From Eubacterium sp. (GTDB lineage Bacteria > Bacillota > Clostridia > Oscillospirales > Acutalibacteraceae): a stretch of 64,000 nucleotides of DNA. The stretch is from assembly GCA_022511225.1 (NCBI GenBank), contig JAFLRZ010000007.1:29283-93282 (forward strand), read 5' to 3'. The notes beneath the pieces are model-generated. The model ran no database searches and was not told the origin of the DNA. It was given only the letters and a program-made list of their open reading frames with translations. Made by a program: the position numbers and the translations under genes. Shown piece by piece: positions 26,509 to 36,627 of this stretch (its first letter is position 1; every line of letters begins with the position of its first letter).

Positions 26509-27561
26509 TTAGTTATTATAATTTCCGAAGTATAAGAGAAGAACACCGATAGCGCAACCGACTGCATTTACGAGTGAAAAGACAACACAAATTTTCTTTT
26601 CCTTCCAGCCGCACATTTCAAAATGATGGTGGATAGGTGCCATTTTGAATATTCTCTTGCCGTGAGTAATCTTGAAGTAGCCAATCTGGATAATATCGCT
26701 CATAGTTTCACAGACGTAAATAATGCCCATAGGTAAAAGCAGAAGCGGGCACTTACAAAGATAACCGAGTGCAACTACCATACCGCCGAGAAACAGCGAG
26801 CCTGTATCGCCCATAAAGGTTTTAGCCGGATTCCAGTTCCAGCAAAGGAAACCAAGAACACCGCCGAGCAGTGCTCCTGCAAATATCTTGAGTCCGGCAA
26901 AGCTCTGAATAGCTCCGATAATGATAAAGCTTATTGCAACAGTCGTTGTAACTGATGAGCAAAGACCGTCTATGCCGTCTGTAAGATTGACTGAATTAAT
27001 ACAACCGTAAATTATAAAGATGCTGAGCACCCAGAATATAACTGCAGTAGCAATATTTTTTTCAAAATTCATATCGCCAATGAATGGGATATACCACACT
27101 GTATTGTGTGAAAGCCAGAGAGTAAGCACGTAGCCGAAAGTCATAATAAGCTGACCTGCTGTTTTTTGCTTAGCTGAAAGGCCTTTGTTTCTCTTAAGCT
27201 TAATTTTAATAAAATCATCTGCAAAGCCGACAAGCCCTGAGCCGAGTGCAAGCACTAAACCTGCTAAAAGCAAAACGAGTTCTCTGCCCTTGAAAATGGC
27301 TGAATAGTCGCTTTCAAGATTTCCTGAATTAAAATGAAAAATCATTACGGTTAAAGCGAAGGACAATATTATACCGATGATGAACATAAGTCCGCCCATA
27401 TTCGGAGTGCCCTGCTTTGACTTGTGCCAGCTTGGTCCGATGTCAAGAATAGTCTGTCCGAATTTAAGCTTTCTTAACCAAGGTATGATTATAAATCCAA
27501 GTGCCGCCGTAACACCAAAGGCACATATAATGCTGATAAGAACTGCTGTTGTATCACTCAT
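26509..27561 (-). CDS. mraY: Phospho-MurNAc-pentapeptide translocase
   Basis: KQGTPNMGG, GFADD, NSVNLTDGIDGL, FMGDTGS, MAPIHHHFE. Confidence 0.97.
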   Translation of the reverse strand: MSDTTAVLISIICAFGVTAALGFIIIPWLRKLKFGQTILDIGPSWHKSKQGTPNMGGLMFIIGIILSFALTVMIFHFNSGNLESDYSAIFKGRELVLLLAGLVLALGSGLVGFADDFIKIKLKRNKGLSAKQKTAGQLIMTFGYVLTLWLSHNTVWYIPFIGDMNFEKNIATAVIFWVLSIFIIYGCINSVNLTDGIDGLCSSVTTTVAISFIIIGAIQSFAGLKIFAGALLGGVLGFLCWNWNPAKTFMGDTGSLFLGGMVVALGYLCKCPLLLLPMGIIYVCETMSDIIQIGYFKITHGKRIFKMAPIHHHFEMCGWKEKKICVVFSLVNAVGCAIGVLLLYFGNYNN

Positions 27562-28915
27562 TTGTTTTCTCCCAATCGTTATATACTTTGCGGATTACTT
27601 CCTCAAGTTTCATTCCTCTTGACGCCTTAAAAATCAAGGTGTCGCCTGCTTTGATTGTATCAAGAAGAGCTGTTGCCATTTCATCTTTATCGGAAAAATG
27701 AAAGACATTCTTCATTCCAAGCTCTTTTGCACGATTTGCAATATCAACTGATGCACTTCCGAAGGTGAAAAGAAAGTCGATATTATTCTCTGCAACGATT
27801 TCACCGACCTGTCGATGAGCATTGACAGAATAATCACCAAGCTCCAGCATATCGGAAAGCACTGCAATTTTTCTTTCTCCGACTGTATTAACCAATGTGG
27901 ATATTGCCGCCTTCATTGAATCGGGACTTGCGTTGTAGCAATCCTCGATTACGGTTATTCCGCCGACACTGACACTTTTCTGCCTCATACCCTCAGGCTG
28001 ATACTGACTTAGTGCATCTGCACATTTACGTGAATCAATACCCAGAACGTATCCCACTGCAAAGGCAGAAAGTGCGTTGTAGACGTTATGTATGCCAATT
28101 GTGGGGATGGTGACGTTCTGCTTGCATCCAAAGCAGCTTATATCAAAGCTTGTGCTGCCGTTTTCCTCAACGATATTTTCTGCTTTGAAATCACCGTTAT
28201 CTATACCGTAGAAATAAAGCTTGTAGTCGTCGTTCTTAACCGTCCTGAGCAAATCGTTATCGCCGTTTAATATAAGCGGTGAACCCTTTTCAAGTCCGTC
28301 AAGAATTTCGAGCTTAGCCTTGAGTATGCCCTCTCGAGAGCCGAGATTTTCTATATGCGAAACACCGATATTTGTAATTAGTGCTACGTTCGGCTTTGCC
28401 GCAGTTGTTAAATTATGAATCTCGCCAAAATGATTCATTCCCATTTCGATAACAGCCGCTTCTACACTGTTATCAAGCTGAAAGAGCATCTGCGGCACAC
28501 CTATTTCGTTATTCAGGTTGCCGATTGTTTTGATTGCATTAAACTGCGAATTAACGACAAGATAAGTAAATTCCTTTGTGGTGGTCTTGCCGACTGAGCC
28601 TGTAAGCGCTACGAGAGGAATATTAAATTTACTTCTGTAGTAGCCTGAAAGTGCAAGAAGTGCTTTTGACGTATCTTCAACCTTTACGTAAGGGCAATCA
28701 AAGTCGATATCCCTGTGAATCATAACGGCGGCTGCACCGTTTTCGATAGCCGTTTTTGCAAATTCGTGGGCATCAAAGCGTTCACCCTTTATGCAAATAA
28801 ACAAGTCGCCCGGCTTGACTTTTCTTGTATCTATTGCGACGCCCGTAATTTCAAGCTCGGTGCTCGAAACACCTTTGCAGGCTGATGCAATTTCGCTTAA
28901 TTTCAATTTTTCCAT
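27554..28915 (-). CDS. murF: UDP-MurNAc-tripeptide--D-Ala-D-Ala ligase
   Basis: TGSVGKTTTK, NNEIGVP, EMGMNH, DCYNASPDSM, KASRGM. Confidence 0.97.
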   Translation of the reverse strand: MEKLKLSEIASACKGVSSTELEITGVAIDTRKVKPGDLFICIKGERFDAHEFAKTAIENGAAAVMIHRDIDFDCPYVKVEDTSKALLALSGYYRSKFNIPLVALTGSVGKTTTKEFTYLVVNSQFNAIKTIGNLNNEIGVPQMLFQLDNSVEAAVIEMGMNHFGEIHNLTTAAKPNVALITNIGVSHIENLGSREGILKAKLEILDGLEKGSPLILNGDNDLLRTVKNDDYKLYFYGIDNGDFKAENIVEENGSTSFDISCFGCKQNVTIPTIGIHNVYNALSAFAVGYVLGIDSRKCADALSQYQPEGMRQKSVSVGGITVIEDCYNASPDSMKAAISTLVNTVGERKIAVLSDMLELGDYSVNAHRQVGEIVAENNIDFLFTFGSASVDIANRAKELGMKNVFHFSDKDEMATALLDTIKAGDTLIFKASRGMKLEEVIRKVYNDWEKTNE

Positions 28916-28917
28916 AA

Positions 28918-30354
28918 TCAGTTTTCAAGTCCCAGCACTTCGGCTACAACTTCTCTTTCATCAAAATTAATCGTACCTGTAGGTAAAATCTGATACGTTT
29001 CGTGTCCTTTACCTGCAAGGAGAATTATGTCATCCTTTTGGGCATTATTGATAGCGAAGGCGATTGCTTCCTTGCGGTTTTCGATAACCTCATACGGTGT
29101 CTTTACACCCTTCATACCCTCAAGTATATCCTTGATAATATCGCTTGGGTTTTCCGAGCGTGGATTATCCGAGGTCACTACGCAGAAGTCTGAAAGCTCT
29201 GCCGCAATTCTTCCCATTTTAGGACGCTTCGTTTTATCTCTGTCGCCTCCGCATCCGAACAGCGTTACAACTCTGCCCTTTGCAATTTCCCGGAGTGATG
29301 AAATTATATTTTCAAGTCCGTCAGGAGAATGAGCATAGTCAATGATAATAGTAAAGTCCCTGTCACACGGAACGACCTCAATTCTGCCCTTTACACCGTT
29401 TGATTTTCCTATTGCTTTGATAACCGACTTGAAGTCTATTCCGAGAGCCAAGGCACAGCTTGCCGCACAAAGCGAGTTGTACACAGAAAATCTGCCCGGA
29501 ATAGGACAACTGCAACGCGCAATCGTGTCGCCTATAAGCTCATATTCAACACCGTTTGACTTAAAGCTGACATTTTTTGCAAGATACGTTGCCGAGTTTG
29601 AATTAACGGAATACGTTGCAACCTTTTCAAAATCAAGTCCGTCAATTATTTTCATTCCGTATTCATCGTCGAGATTTGTTATTGCTATGTCGCAATTTTC
29701 AAAAAGGATTCTCTTTGAATTAAAATAATTTTCCCAAGTTTTATGGTAATCTATATGGTCCTGAGTAAGATTTGTAAATGCGCCGATTTTAAAGCGAAGT
29801 CCGTTTACTCTGCCCTGAGCAAGTGCCTGAGAGGAAACCTCCATAACACAGTATTCGCATCCTGCCTCAACCATCATTGCAAAAAGCTTCTGAAGTTCGT
29901 ACGGATCAGGCGTTGTATACTTTGCAGGATAAATTTCGTCACCAATCATATTCTGCACTGTGCCGATAAGACCGACCTTTTTGCCAACGTTCTCTAAAAT
30001 CTGCTTGATGAGAAATGTAGTAGTTGTCTTTCCGTTCGTGCCCGTAAGACCGATAAGCTGAAGCTTATCAGCAGGATTTCCAAAGAAATTAGCACAAATC
30101 GGAGAATACACTGCTCTGCTGTTTTTGACTAAAATCTGATTAGGAAGTCCAAGATCTCTTTCAACAACTACTGCAGCTGCACCCTTATCAAGCATTTCGC
30201 CTGCGACGCTGTGGCCGTCAAAAGTAGCACCCTTGACGCAGATAAAGAGTGAGCCCTCCTTGACGAGTCTTGAATCCTGAGTTACGTCAAGCACCTCAGT
30301 ATCGGCATATTCATTTATAACTTCAATTCCTGTTAATAAGTCCTTAAGCCTCAT
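28918..30354 (-). CDS. murE: UDP-MurNAc-dipeptide--meso-DAP ligase
   Basis: TGTNGKTTT, MEVSSQAL, DYAHSPD, DNPR (mDAP-type), AGKGHE. Confidence 0.97.
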   Translation of the reverse strand: MRLKDLLTGIEVINEYADTEVLDVTQDSRLVKEGSLFICVKGATFDGHSVAGEMLDKGAAAVVVERDLGLPNQILVKNSRAVYSPICANFFGNPADKLQLIGLTGTNGKTTTTFLIKQILENVGKKVGLIGTVQNMIGDEIYPAKYTTPDPYELQKLFAMMVEAGCEYCVMEVSSQALAQGRVNGLRFKIGAFTNLTQDHIDYHKTWENYFNSKRILFENCDIAITNLDDEYGMKIIDGLDFEKVATYSVNSNSATYLAKNVSFKSNGVEYELIGDTIARCSCPIPGRFSVYNSLCAASCALALGIDFKSVIKAIGKSNGVKGRIEVVPCDRDFTIIIDYAHSPDGLENIISSLREIAKGRVVTLFGCGGDRDKTKRPKMGRIAAELSDFCVVTSDNPRSENPSDIIKDILEGMKGVKTPYEVIENRKEAIAFAINNAQKDDIILLAGKGHETYQILPTGTINFDEREVVAEVLGLEN

Positions 30355-30404
30355 ATTTGCAACCCTTTCTATGCTTTAGACAGTTTGGATTTAATTTAAT
30401 TTAA

Positions 30405-32699
30405 CTAATCGAGTACTGATTCTGTATTCTTAAAGCTTACTGTAATTACAGTACCCTTTTCAACCTTACTGCCCTTTTCTACGCTTTGTCTGAATGCAAC
30501 TACTGTACCACTGTTCATATTATTGCCGTTTATTTCAATATTCAAATTGTTTGTTCCGGCAACAGTCTTTGCCTCGGTTACAGTAAGTCCTGTAAAATCA
30601 GGCACCTTGACAGTCTGCTTTTTAGCATCGTCTGTATAGAGATAAACAGTACCGTTTGACGAAATCGTACCCGCTGAAGTAGGGCACTGCCTTGTTACCT
30701 TACCGCCATTGCCGATAACAACGTATTTAAGTGAAGCGTATCCGAGCTCCTCTTTAGCCTTATCAAGCGTCATACCTGTAACGTTAGGAGTATTTGATGA
30801 AAGGCTTGAAAGCTCTTTCTCGTTGTAAGTAGGTTCGATGCCTAAGATGCTCATTGTTTCTTCAACAACCTGAGCCGCAATAGGAGCGCACAGTGCACCG
30901 CCGCCTAAATCCTGATTAGGCTCATCGACAATAATAATCATTGTGATTTCAGGCTTTTCACTTGGTGCAAGAGCCGCAAATGAAACAATATACTTATCTC
31001 TGCCTGCAATAGCAGATTCGCTGAGCTTTGTTGACGTACCTGTTTTTCCCGCAACGCTATAGCCTGCAACATAGCCGTTCTTACCCGTTCCGTTGTCAAC
31101 AACCGACTTCATCATCTGTCTTACAGTTGCAGCAGTTTCACTGCTTATAACCTGACGGATTTCAGTCGGATTTGTTTTGCTTATGGTTTTGCCTTGTGAG
31201 TCTACTATTGAGCCTACAATGTAAGGCTTCATAAGTGTGCCGCCGTTTGCGATTGCGCACATTGCGGTGCACACCTGAATAGGAGTTAAGCTATTTGTCT
31301 GTCCGAAAGCTGCAGATGAAAGCTCTACGATTGAATACTGATTTTCGGTATAGTAGCTTGACATAGCCTCCTGCGGAAGATCGATTCCTGTTTTCTCTGT
31401 AAAGCCGAAGCCGTCAAAATACTTGAAGTAATTATGCACGCCAAGCCTTTGACCTACTGTTATAAAAAACGGGTTGCAGGAATTTTCAAGACCCTGAGTG
31501 AAGGTCTGTAAGCCGTGACCGGGGTGATAATGGCATTTCATTGTATATTCGTTAACCTTGATTGCACCCGTACAATTGTACGTAGTATTAAGGCTTACAA
31601 CGTTTTCTTCAAGTGCAGCAGAAGCAGTAAAGGTTTTGAATACAGAGCCCGGCTCATATATATCCTCAATCGTGTAATTCTTAAACTGCAGGTCACGATA
31701 ATTTTTTTGCTCTTTCTCTCTTTCCTCTTTGTCCTTAATTTGTTTAAGTGCCTTCTTGTATCTGCTGTAAGTTATCTTAGTGGGATTATTGCAGTTATAA
31801 TCCGGAAGTGATGCCATTGCAAGAACTGCCCCCGTATTGCAGTTCATAACTATTCCGTATGCACCCTTTGACTGATATTCCTCCATTGTTTCTCTAAGGC
31901 CCTTTTCGAGCTGATACTGAATACTCTGATTGATTGTAAGCACGAGTGAATTCCCGTCAGAGGCTTCGACAGAGGTTTCGTATTCATCGGAAATATCATT
32001 AAGCCATGCATCCTTGACAGTGATAACTCTGCCGTTTGTTCCTGTAAGAACGTCATCGTACTGCCTTTCAAGTCCGTAAAGGCCACCGTCGTCGCCAACA
32101 AATCCGAGCACGGTTGAAGCAAGTGAATCGTACGGGTAGTATCTTTTTGCACTCTGCTCGTAGCCGATACAGTTTAGGTCATTTTTGGAGGCGAACTCGG
32201 AAATCTTCATTTTCAGATCATTTTCGACCTGCTTTTTAACAAGCTCGTAACGGCTTTCTTCCTTATAGGTCATCTCGGTGAGCTTTTGCGTGTCCTCTTC
32301 ATCAAGCTCGAGAAGCTTTGTAAGACCGTCTATCACCGTTTGACGTCTTTTTTCTGTTTTCACTTCGAGTTCGGCAAGATCTTCGGCTGTAGGTGTTGTG
32401 CCTTCCTTGGCTCTTAGCTTAAGCGCATAAGGGTCGATAAACACGTTCCACACCGTTGCAGACTGAGCAAGTACGTTTCCGTCACAGTCGTAAATCGTAC
32501 CGCGCATTGCCTTGATTTCAGAATCGACAGTTTGCTGAGAGGTTGCCTTTTGTGAAAGCTCCTCGGCTCTGAACACCTGAAGATAAAAAACCCTAAACAC
32601 GCTGCCTGCAAGAAACAGTGCAATCACCATCAACAAAGCATTCATTCTTGTGAGCATATTTTTAGGGCTGTTGTTTTTTTCTCTACCGTGATGCTTCAA
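30405..32699 (-). CDS. Class B penicillin-binding protein (FtsI/SpoVD type) with two PASTA domains
   Basis: EPGSVFK (SxxK), NSCN (SxN), GKTGT; C-terminal PASTA repeats. TTG 32699 follows a GGAGG RBS; the ORF-track start is 32717. Confidence 0.9.
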   Translation of the reverse strand: MKHHGREKNNSPKNMLTRMNALLMVIALFLAGSVFRVFYLQVFRAEELSQKATSQQTVDSEIKAMRGTIYDCDGNVLAQSATVWNVFIDPYALKLRAKEGTTPTAEDLAELEVKTEKRRQTVIDGLTKLLELDEEDTQKLTEMTYKEESRYELVKKQVENDLKMKISEFASKNDLNCIGYEQSAKRYYPYDSLASTVLGFVGDDGGLYGLERQYDDVLTGTNGRVITVKDAWLNDISDEYETSVEASDGNSLVLTINQSIQYQLEKGLRETMEEYQSKGAYGIVMNCNTGAVLAMASLPDYNCNNPTKITYSRYKKALKQIKDKEEREKEQKNYRDLQFKNYTIEDIYEPGSVFKTFTASAALEENVVSLNTTYNCTGAIKVNEYTMKCHYHPGHGLQTFTQGLENSCNPFFITVGQRLGVHNYFKYFDGFGFTEKTGIDLPQEAMSSYYTENQYSIVELSSAAFGQTNSLTPIQVCTAMCAIANGGTLMKPYIVGSIVDSQGKTISKTNPTEIRQVISSETAATVRQMMKSVVDNGTGKNGYVAGYSVAGKTGTSTKLSESAIAGRDKYIVSFAALAPSEKPEITMIIIVDEPNQDLGGGALCAPIAAQVVEETMSILGIEPTYNEKELSSLSSNTPNVTGMTLDKAKEELGYASLKYVVIGNGGKVTRQCPTSAGTISSNGTVYLYTDDAKKQTVKVPDFTGLTVTEAKTVAGTNNLNIEINGNNMNSGTVVAFRQSVEKGSKVEKGTVITVSFKNTESVLD

Positions 32700-32864
32700 G
32701 CCAAGTTCCTCCTGCACAATTGATAACTTTTTTTATTATATATTATATAGCTACCAAAGAGCGTCAGATGTCATTATCGGCTTCATTTTTATATGACACC
32801 GAAGTATAAGCTCTTAGTAGCTATGCATAGATCATAAATATTTACGATTTGAAATATAAAATTA

Positions 32865-33419
32865 TTACTTCTTGTTCTGTTCTTTATTCTGCTCGATAAG
32901 GCGCAAAGCAGCAGCCTGTCTCTCAGTCTTATACTGAGAAACGTCAATAAACATCATTTTATTGGCACTCGCCTTACTCATTCCGAGCTCTTCGACGGCA
33001 TATTTATCTATCATACTCATTGAAACGAGTGAATTAAGCTGACTGTTAAGGCGCACGTTTTCGCTCTGTGCAATAGTCAGCTTTGATTCATATCTGCCTA
33101 TTTCTTTTGTCAGCTCATTTTTCTTAGCCATCGTGCTTATAGCACCATAAAGCATTGCAACAACGAGCACCAACGAAATCAAAAGAGTAAACGCAGTTGC
33201 AAACGTTGCCTTTTGCTCGCGTTCAATATCTTTTCTGCTCTTCTTATTTGAATTACCGCCCACCTTGAACTCAGGAGTTTCCTCATGCCTCGGCTCATAT
33301 TTGGGAGCGGTAGATGTTCTGCTTGCGCTGAAATACTTATCTATAGATACGTTAATATCATTTGCAACGGAATAACGTCTGAAATCGCCTGTATTTGTCA
33401 ACTGTTTCACCCCTTTCAT
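32865..33419 (-). CDS. ftsL: FtsL-like cell division protein
   Basis: One TM plus coiled coil ending in IDKYAVEELGM; lies between rsmH and the PBP gene. Confidence 0.75.
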   Translation of the reverse strand: MKGVKQLTNTGDFRRYSVANDINVSIDKYFSASRTSTAPKYEPRHEETPEFKVGGNSNKKSRKDIEREQKATFATAFTLLISLVLVVAMLYGAISTMAKKNELTKEIGRYESKLTIAQSENVRLNSQLNSLVSMSMIDKYAVEELGMSKASANKMMFIDVSQYKTERQAAALRLIEQNKEQNKK

Positions 33420-33442
33420 CTATAATTTTTTTAATCACAATT

Positions 33443-34354
33443 TTAATATTTTTCAAAAATGCGAAGTCGTGAGGATCTTGCTCTCGGATTAACGCTCAAT
33501 TCCTCATCTGACGGAGCAACTGCTTTTAACGCCTTGCCCTTAGGCTTATTACCGCAAACGCATATCGGAAATTCCTTGGGACAGGTACATCCCCTGCTCC
33601 ACTCATTAAATTTTTCTTTTACCATTCTGTCCTCAAGCGAATGGAAAGTAATTATTGCAATTCTTCCGCCGCTGTTAAGGCAGTCGAAAGCATCATCAAG
33701 TGTCTTTTCAAGCACGTCGAGCTCGGCATTGACTTCTATTCTGATTGCCTGAAAAGTTCTTCTCGCCGGATGTGCATCCCTCATTGCTTTTTGGGGCATC
33801 GAGGCTTTGATAATGTCAACAAGCTCAAACGTTGTTTCAATAGGTTTGCTCTGCCTTGCTTTTACTATATTAGCGGCAATTCTTCGTGAAAACTTTTCCT
33901 CGCCGTACTTATATATAATTTCAGCAAGTTCCTGCTCGCTATAGGTATTGACTACATCCCTTGCACTCAGCCCCGACTTGCTCATACGCATATCAAGAGG
34001 GGCATCCTTATGAAACGAAAATCCCCTTTCCGCCGTGTCAAGCTGATAAGAGCTCACGCCTAAATCAAGGAGAAGACCGTCAATTTTATCTATTTTGATT
34101 TCTTTAAGGATTGACTTAATGTTGGAAAAATTATTTTGAACTATAGTTACGTTTGATAAATTTCCAAGACGCTCATTAAGCACTGAAATCGCATCAGGAT
34201 CCTGATCTATGCAGACAAGCCTTTTTGCCGTCTTTGCTATTTCGCGTGAATGCCCTCCGCCGCCCGAAGTGCCGTCTACTATGATTTTTTCGTTATTCAG
34301 ATTAAGAGCCTTTATCGACTCGTCAAAAAGCACACTTTTATGTAAAAAGTTCAT
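33443..34354 (-). CDS. rsmH: 16S rRNA m4C1402 methyltransferase
   Basis: HKSVL, DGTSGGGGHS, DLGVSSYQLD, FHSLEDR, NPRARSSRLR. Confidence 0.97.
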   Translation of the reverse strand: MNFLHKSVLFDESIKALNLNNEKIIVDGTSGGGGHSREIAKTAKRLVCIDQDPDAISVLNERLGNLSNVTIVQNNFSNIKSILKEIKIDKIDGLLLDLGVSSYQLDTAERGFSFHKDAPLDMRMSKSGLSARDVVNTYSEQELAEIIYKYGEEKFSRRIAANIVKARQSKPIETTFELVDIIKASMPQKAMRDAHPARRTFQAIRIEVNAELDVLEKTLDDAFDCLNSGGRIAIITFHSLEDRMVKEKFNEWSRGCTCPKEFPICVCGNKPKGKALKAVAPSDEELSVNPRARSSRLRIFEKY

Positions 34355-34809
34355 TAGTCCGGATTACCTTTCAGCTTGTCCATAAGGTCATAGATGCCTT
34401 GTGAATGGTCAAAACTGTTATACATTTTTTCGTATTCATCCGTATTCCATATTTCTATAGAATCGCCCTTACCCTTGAAAACAACGGTGCTTTCATTAGT
34501 AAGCTCAGCCTCGCCCTTAAGGCGCTGATTTACAGTAAATCTGCCCTGTGCATCAAGTACAGACTCTTCGGCATAATCAAGGAATGACGTTTTGGCATCA
34601 TATTTTTGATTTTCACTGCCGTGCTGCATTGACATAAACATTTCCTCAAAGGTTTCAACAGGATAGAGAGTGAGGCACTTACAGCCGTGAACTGTAACTG
34701 CAACCATATAAAATTCCTTGCCAAGACGCTCGCGCCACTTGGTAGGGATAGACAATCTGCCCTTAGAATCAAGCTTATAGCCGTCCAAGGTGCCGACAAA
34801 AAGTCGCAT
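34354..34809 (-). CDS. mraZ: Division/cell wall cluster repressor MraZ
   Basis: Two AbrB-like repeats (LDSKGRLSIP; LDAQGRF); first gene of the dcw cluster. ATG 34809; the ORF-track start is 34827. Confidence 0.88.
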   Translation of the reverse strand: MRLFVGTLDGYKLDSKGRLSIPTKWRERLGKEFYMVAVTVHGCKCLTLYPVETFEEMFMSMQHGSENQKYDAKTSFLDYAEESVLDAQGRFTVNQRLKGEAELTNESTVVFKGKGDSIEIWNTDEYEKMYNSFDHSQGIYDLMDKLKGNPD

Positions 34810-34870
34810 TTCACTCTCTCCTTTCAATCTGTTTTTGGCATAACTAAAATTGATTTTTGTGCAATCCGAG

Positions 34871-34910
34871 TTGGATTTTATTGAAATCTTTGGGATTTTC
34901 TTGGAATTAA
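34871..34910. promoter_or_regulatory. Four phased decamer repeats, candidate MraZ operator
   Basis: TTGGATTTTA / TTGAAATCTT / TGGGATTTTC / TTGGAATTAA in a 10-bp register, just downstream of the mraZ promoter. Confidence 0.55.
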
Positions 34911-34922
34911 TGCCTCACATAC

Positions 34923-34951
34923 ATTATAATAATGGTAATACTGCTTGTCAA
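34923..34951 (-). promoter_or_regulatory. SigA promoter of the dcw cluster
   Basis: TTGACA, 17 nt, TATAAT (perfect). Confidence 0.8.
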
Positions 34952-35128
34952 GAGGCAATTTCCCGCCATTAGCAAATGTAATATCCGTAATTGTTATGTA
35001 ACCATTTTGTAACTTAGGCAAAAAAATCAAATCGGGATTGACTAAAAATAAAAAAAGCTGATAACGGTTGTTACAGCTGATAAAATATGATATAATTTTA
35101 AAAAATAATGTGAAAAAGAGGAATTCAA

Positions 35129-36526
35129 ATGGAAGAATACAAAACCTCGTGGCGTGAAAAGATATGCTACGGTATAGGCGCAGTCGGACTTGATCTGAGC
35201 TATGGTATGTTTTACTCATTTTTAAGCTATTATCTGTCAAGCGTGCTCGGACTCAAGGAAGGATTTTTGCTTTTGCTGACTCCCCTTGCAAGAATTTGGG
35301 ACGGAATCAACGATCCTATGATGGGAACTATCGTTGATAACACGAGAACAAGGCACGGTAAGTACAGACCGTGGATTGTTATAGGAGCAATCTGCAATGC
35401 CGTTGTGCTGTTTTTGCTTTTCACAAAATTCGGCTTAGAAGGAACGCAGCTTTACGTATACATCGCAGTGATGTACATTCTTTGGGGAATGACGAATACG
35501 ATGGCTGATATTCCGTATTGGAGCATGATACCTTCTTTTACTTCGGACCCTAAGGACAGAAACCTTGTTTCTACCGTTGCAAGAACGTTCAGCGGACTCG
35601 GTCAGGGAATAATAACTGTGCTGACTCCTGTAATTCTGCCTCTCCTTTCAAAAGGTATGACGGTTAATGCAGACGGAAGAAATGCACAGGGATTCTCTCG
35701 TTGGGCAGGAATATGCGCTGTTCTGTTAATTTTGTTTTCCGTTGTCTGCGTGCTGTTTACAAAAGAAAAGAACGTTATATATAACGAGAAGCAGAAGTTT
35801 TCGCTCGGTAAGATTTTTAAGGTTATCAAGGGCAATGACCAGTTAGTTGTGTTTATGATATTTGCAATGCTTTCAAACGCCGGCTGGTATCTTACCTCAG
35901 GCACGGCAGTTTACTATTTCAGCAACGCACTCGAAAAGCCTGAGTCGCAATCACTTTTCTCGTTAATCGGCGCAGTCGGCTCGGTTGCCGGACTGCTTGT
36001 TATACCGATTCTTTCAAAATGGCTGAGCAAGAGAAGGATATACCAGATTTCTTTAATCTCAATAATTATCGGATACATAATGATGTTCGTGTTCGGACCG
36101 ATATTGAAAATTGCCGTTTTGCTTGATATATCATACATTATTTCTTCAACAGGAATAGCGTCTATGTTTGTTGCGCAGACTACATTCCTTGCAGATATTG
36201 TTGATTACGGCGAATACAAAAACGGTGAAAGAAACGAATCCATCACTTTTTCGATGAAAGGCTTTCTGCAAAAAATGGCATACACCATTCAAACAATTGT
36301 GCTTTTCGGCGGACTTGCAATTATGAATTACAATTCGCAGATAACATCTGAAAGCGGTAAAATTAATGACGGCACGAAGCTCGGAATCGGTATAATCTGC
36401 TTTGCCGTGCCGCCTATGCTTATTCTTTTATCACTGATTATTTTTTCAAGGAAATACAAAATTCACGGCAAATTAGCAGATGAAGTACACGACTTCATAG
36501 TAAAAAAACGTTTTGGAAATGAATAA
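35129..36526 (+). CDS. GPH family (MelB/UidB-like) sugar:cation symporter
   Basis: LARIWDGINDPMMGTIVDNTRTRHGKYRPW, DIPYWSM, ADIVDYGEYKNGERNE. Confidence 0.9.
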   Translation: MEEYKTSWREKICYGIGAVGLDLSYGMFYSFLSYYLSSVLGLKEGFLLLLTPLARIWDGINDPMMGTIVDNTRTRHGKYRPWIVIGAICNAVVLFLLFTKFGLEGTQLYVYIAVMYILWGMTNTMADIPYWSMIPSFTSDPKDRNLVSTVARTFSGLGQGIITVLTPVILPLLSKGMTVNADGRNAQGFSRWAGICAVLLILFSVVCVLFTKEKNVIYNEKQKFSLGKIFKVIKGNDQLVVFMIFAMLSNAGWYLTSGTAVYYFSNALEKPESQSLFSLIGAVGSVAGLLVIPILSKWLSKRRIYQISLISIIIGYIMMFVFGPILKIAVLLDISYIISSTGIASMFVAQTTFLADIVDYGEYKNGERNESITFSMKGFLQKMAYTIQTIVLFGGLAIMNYNSQITSESGKINDGTKLGIGIICFAVPPMLILLSLIIFSRKYKIHGKLADEVHDFIVKKRFGNE

Positions 36527-36534
36527 AGCACAAA

Positions 36535-36568
36535 AAAATCAGCTTGAACATTAGTTCAAGCTGATTTT
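36535..36568. terminator. Bidirectional terminator
   Basis: AAAATCAGCTTGAAC-N4-GTTCAAGCTGATTTT between convergent genes. Confidence 0.8.
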
Positions 36569-36627
36569 CGCTTTAATATAAGGTGTTTCGCACGCGGAAA
36601 TCCCGTTCAATACAAGTTATGTATTTA

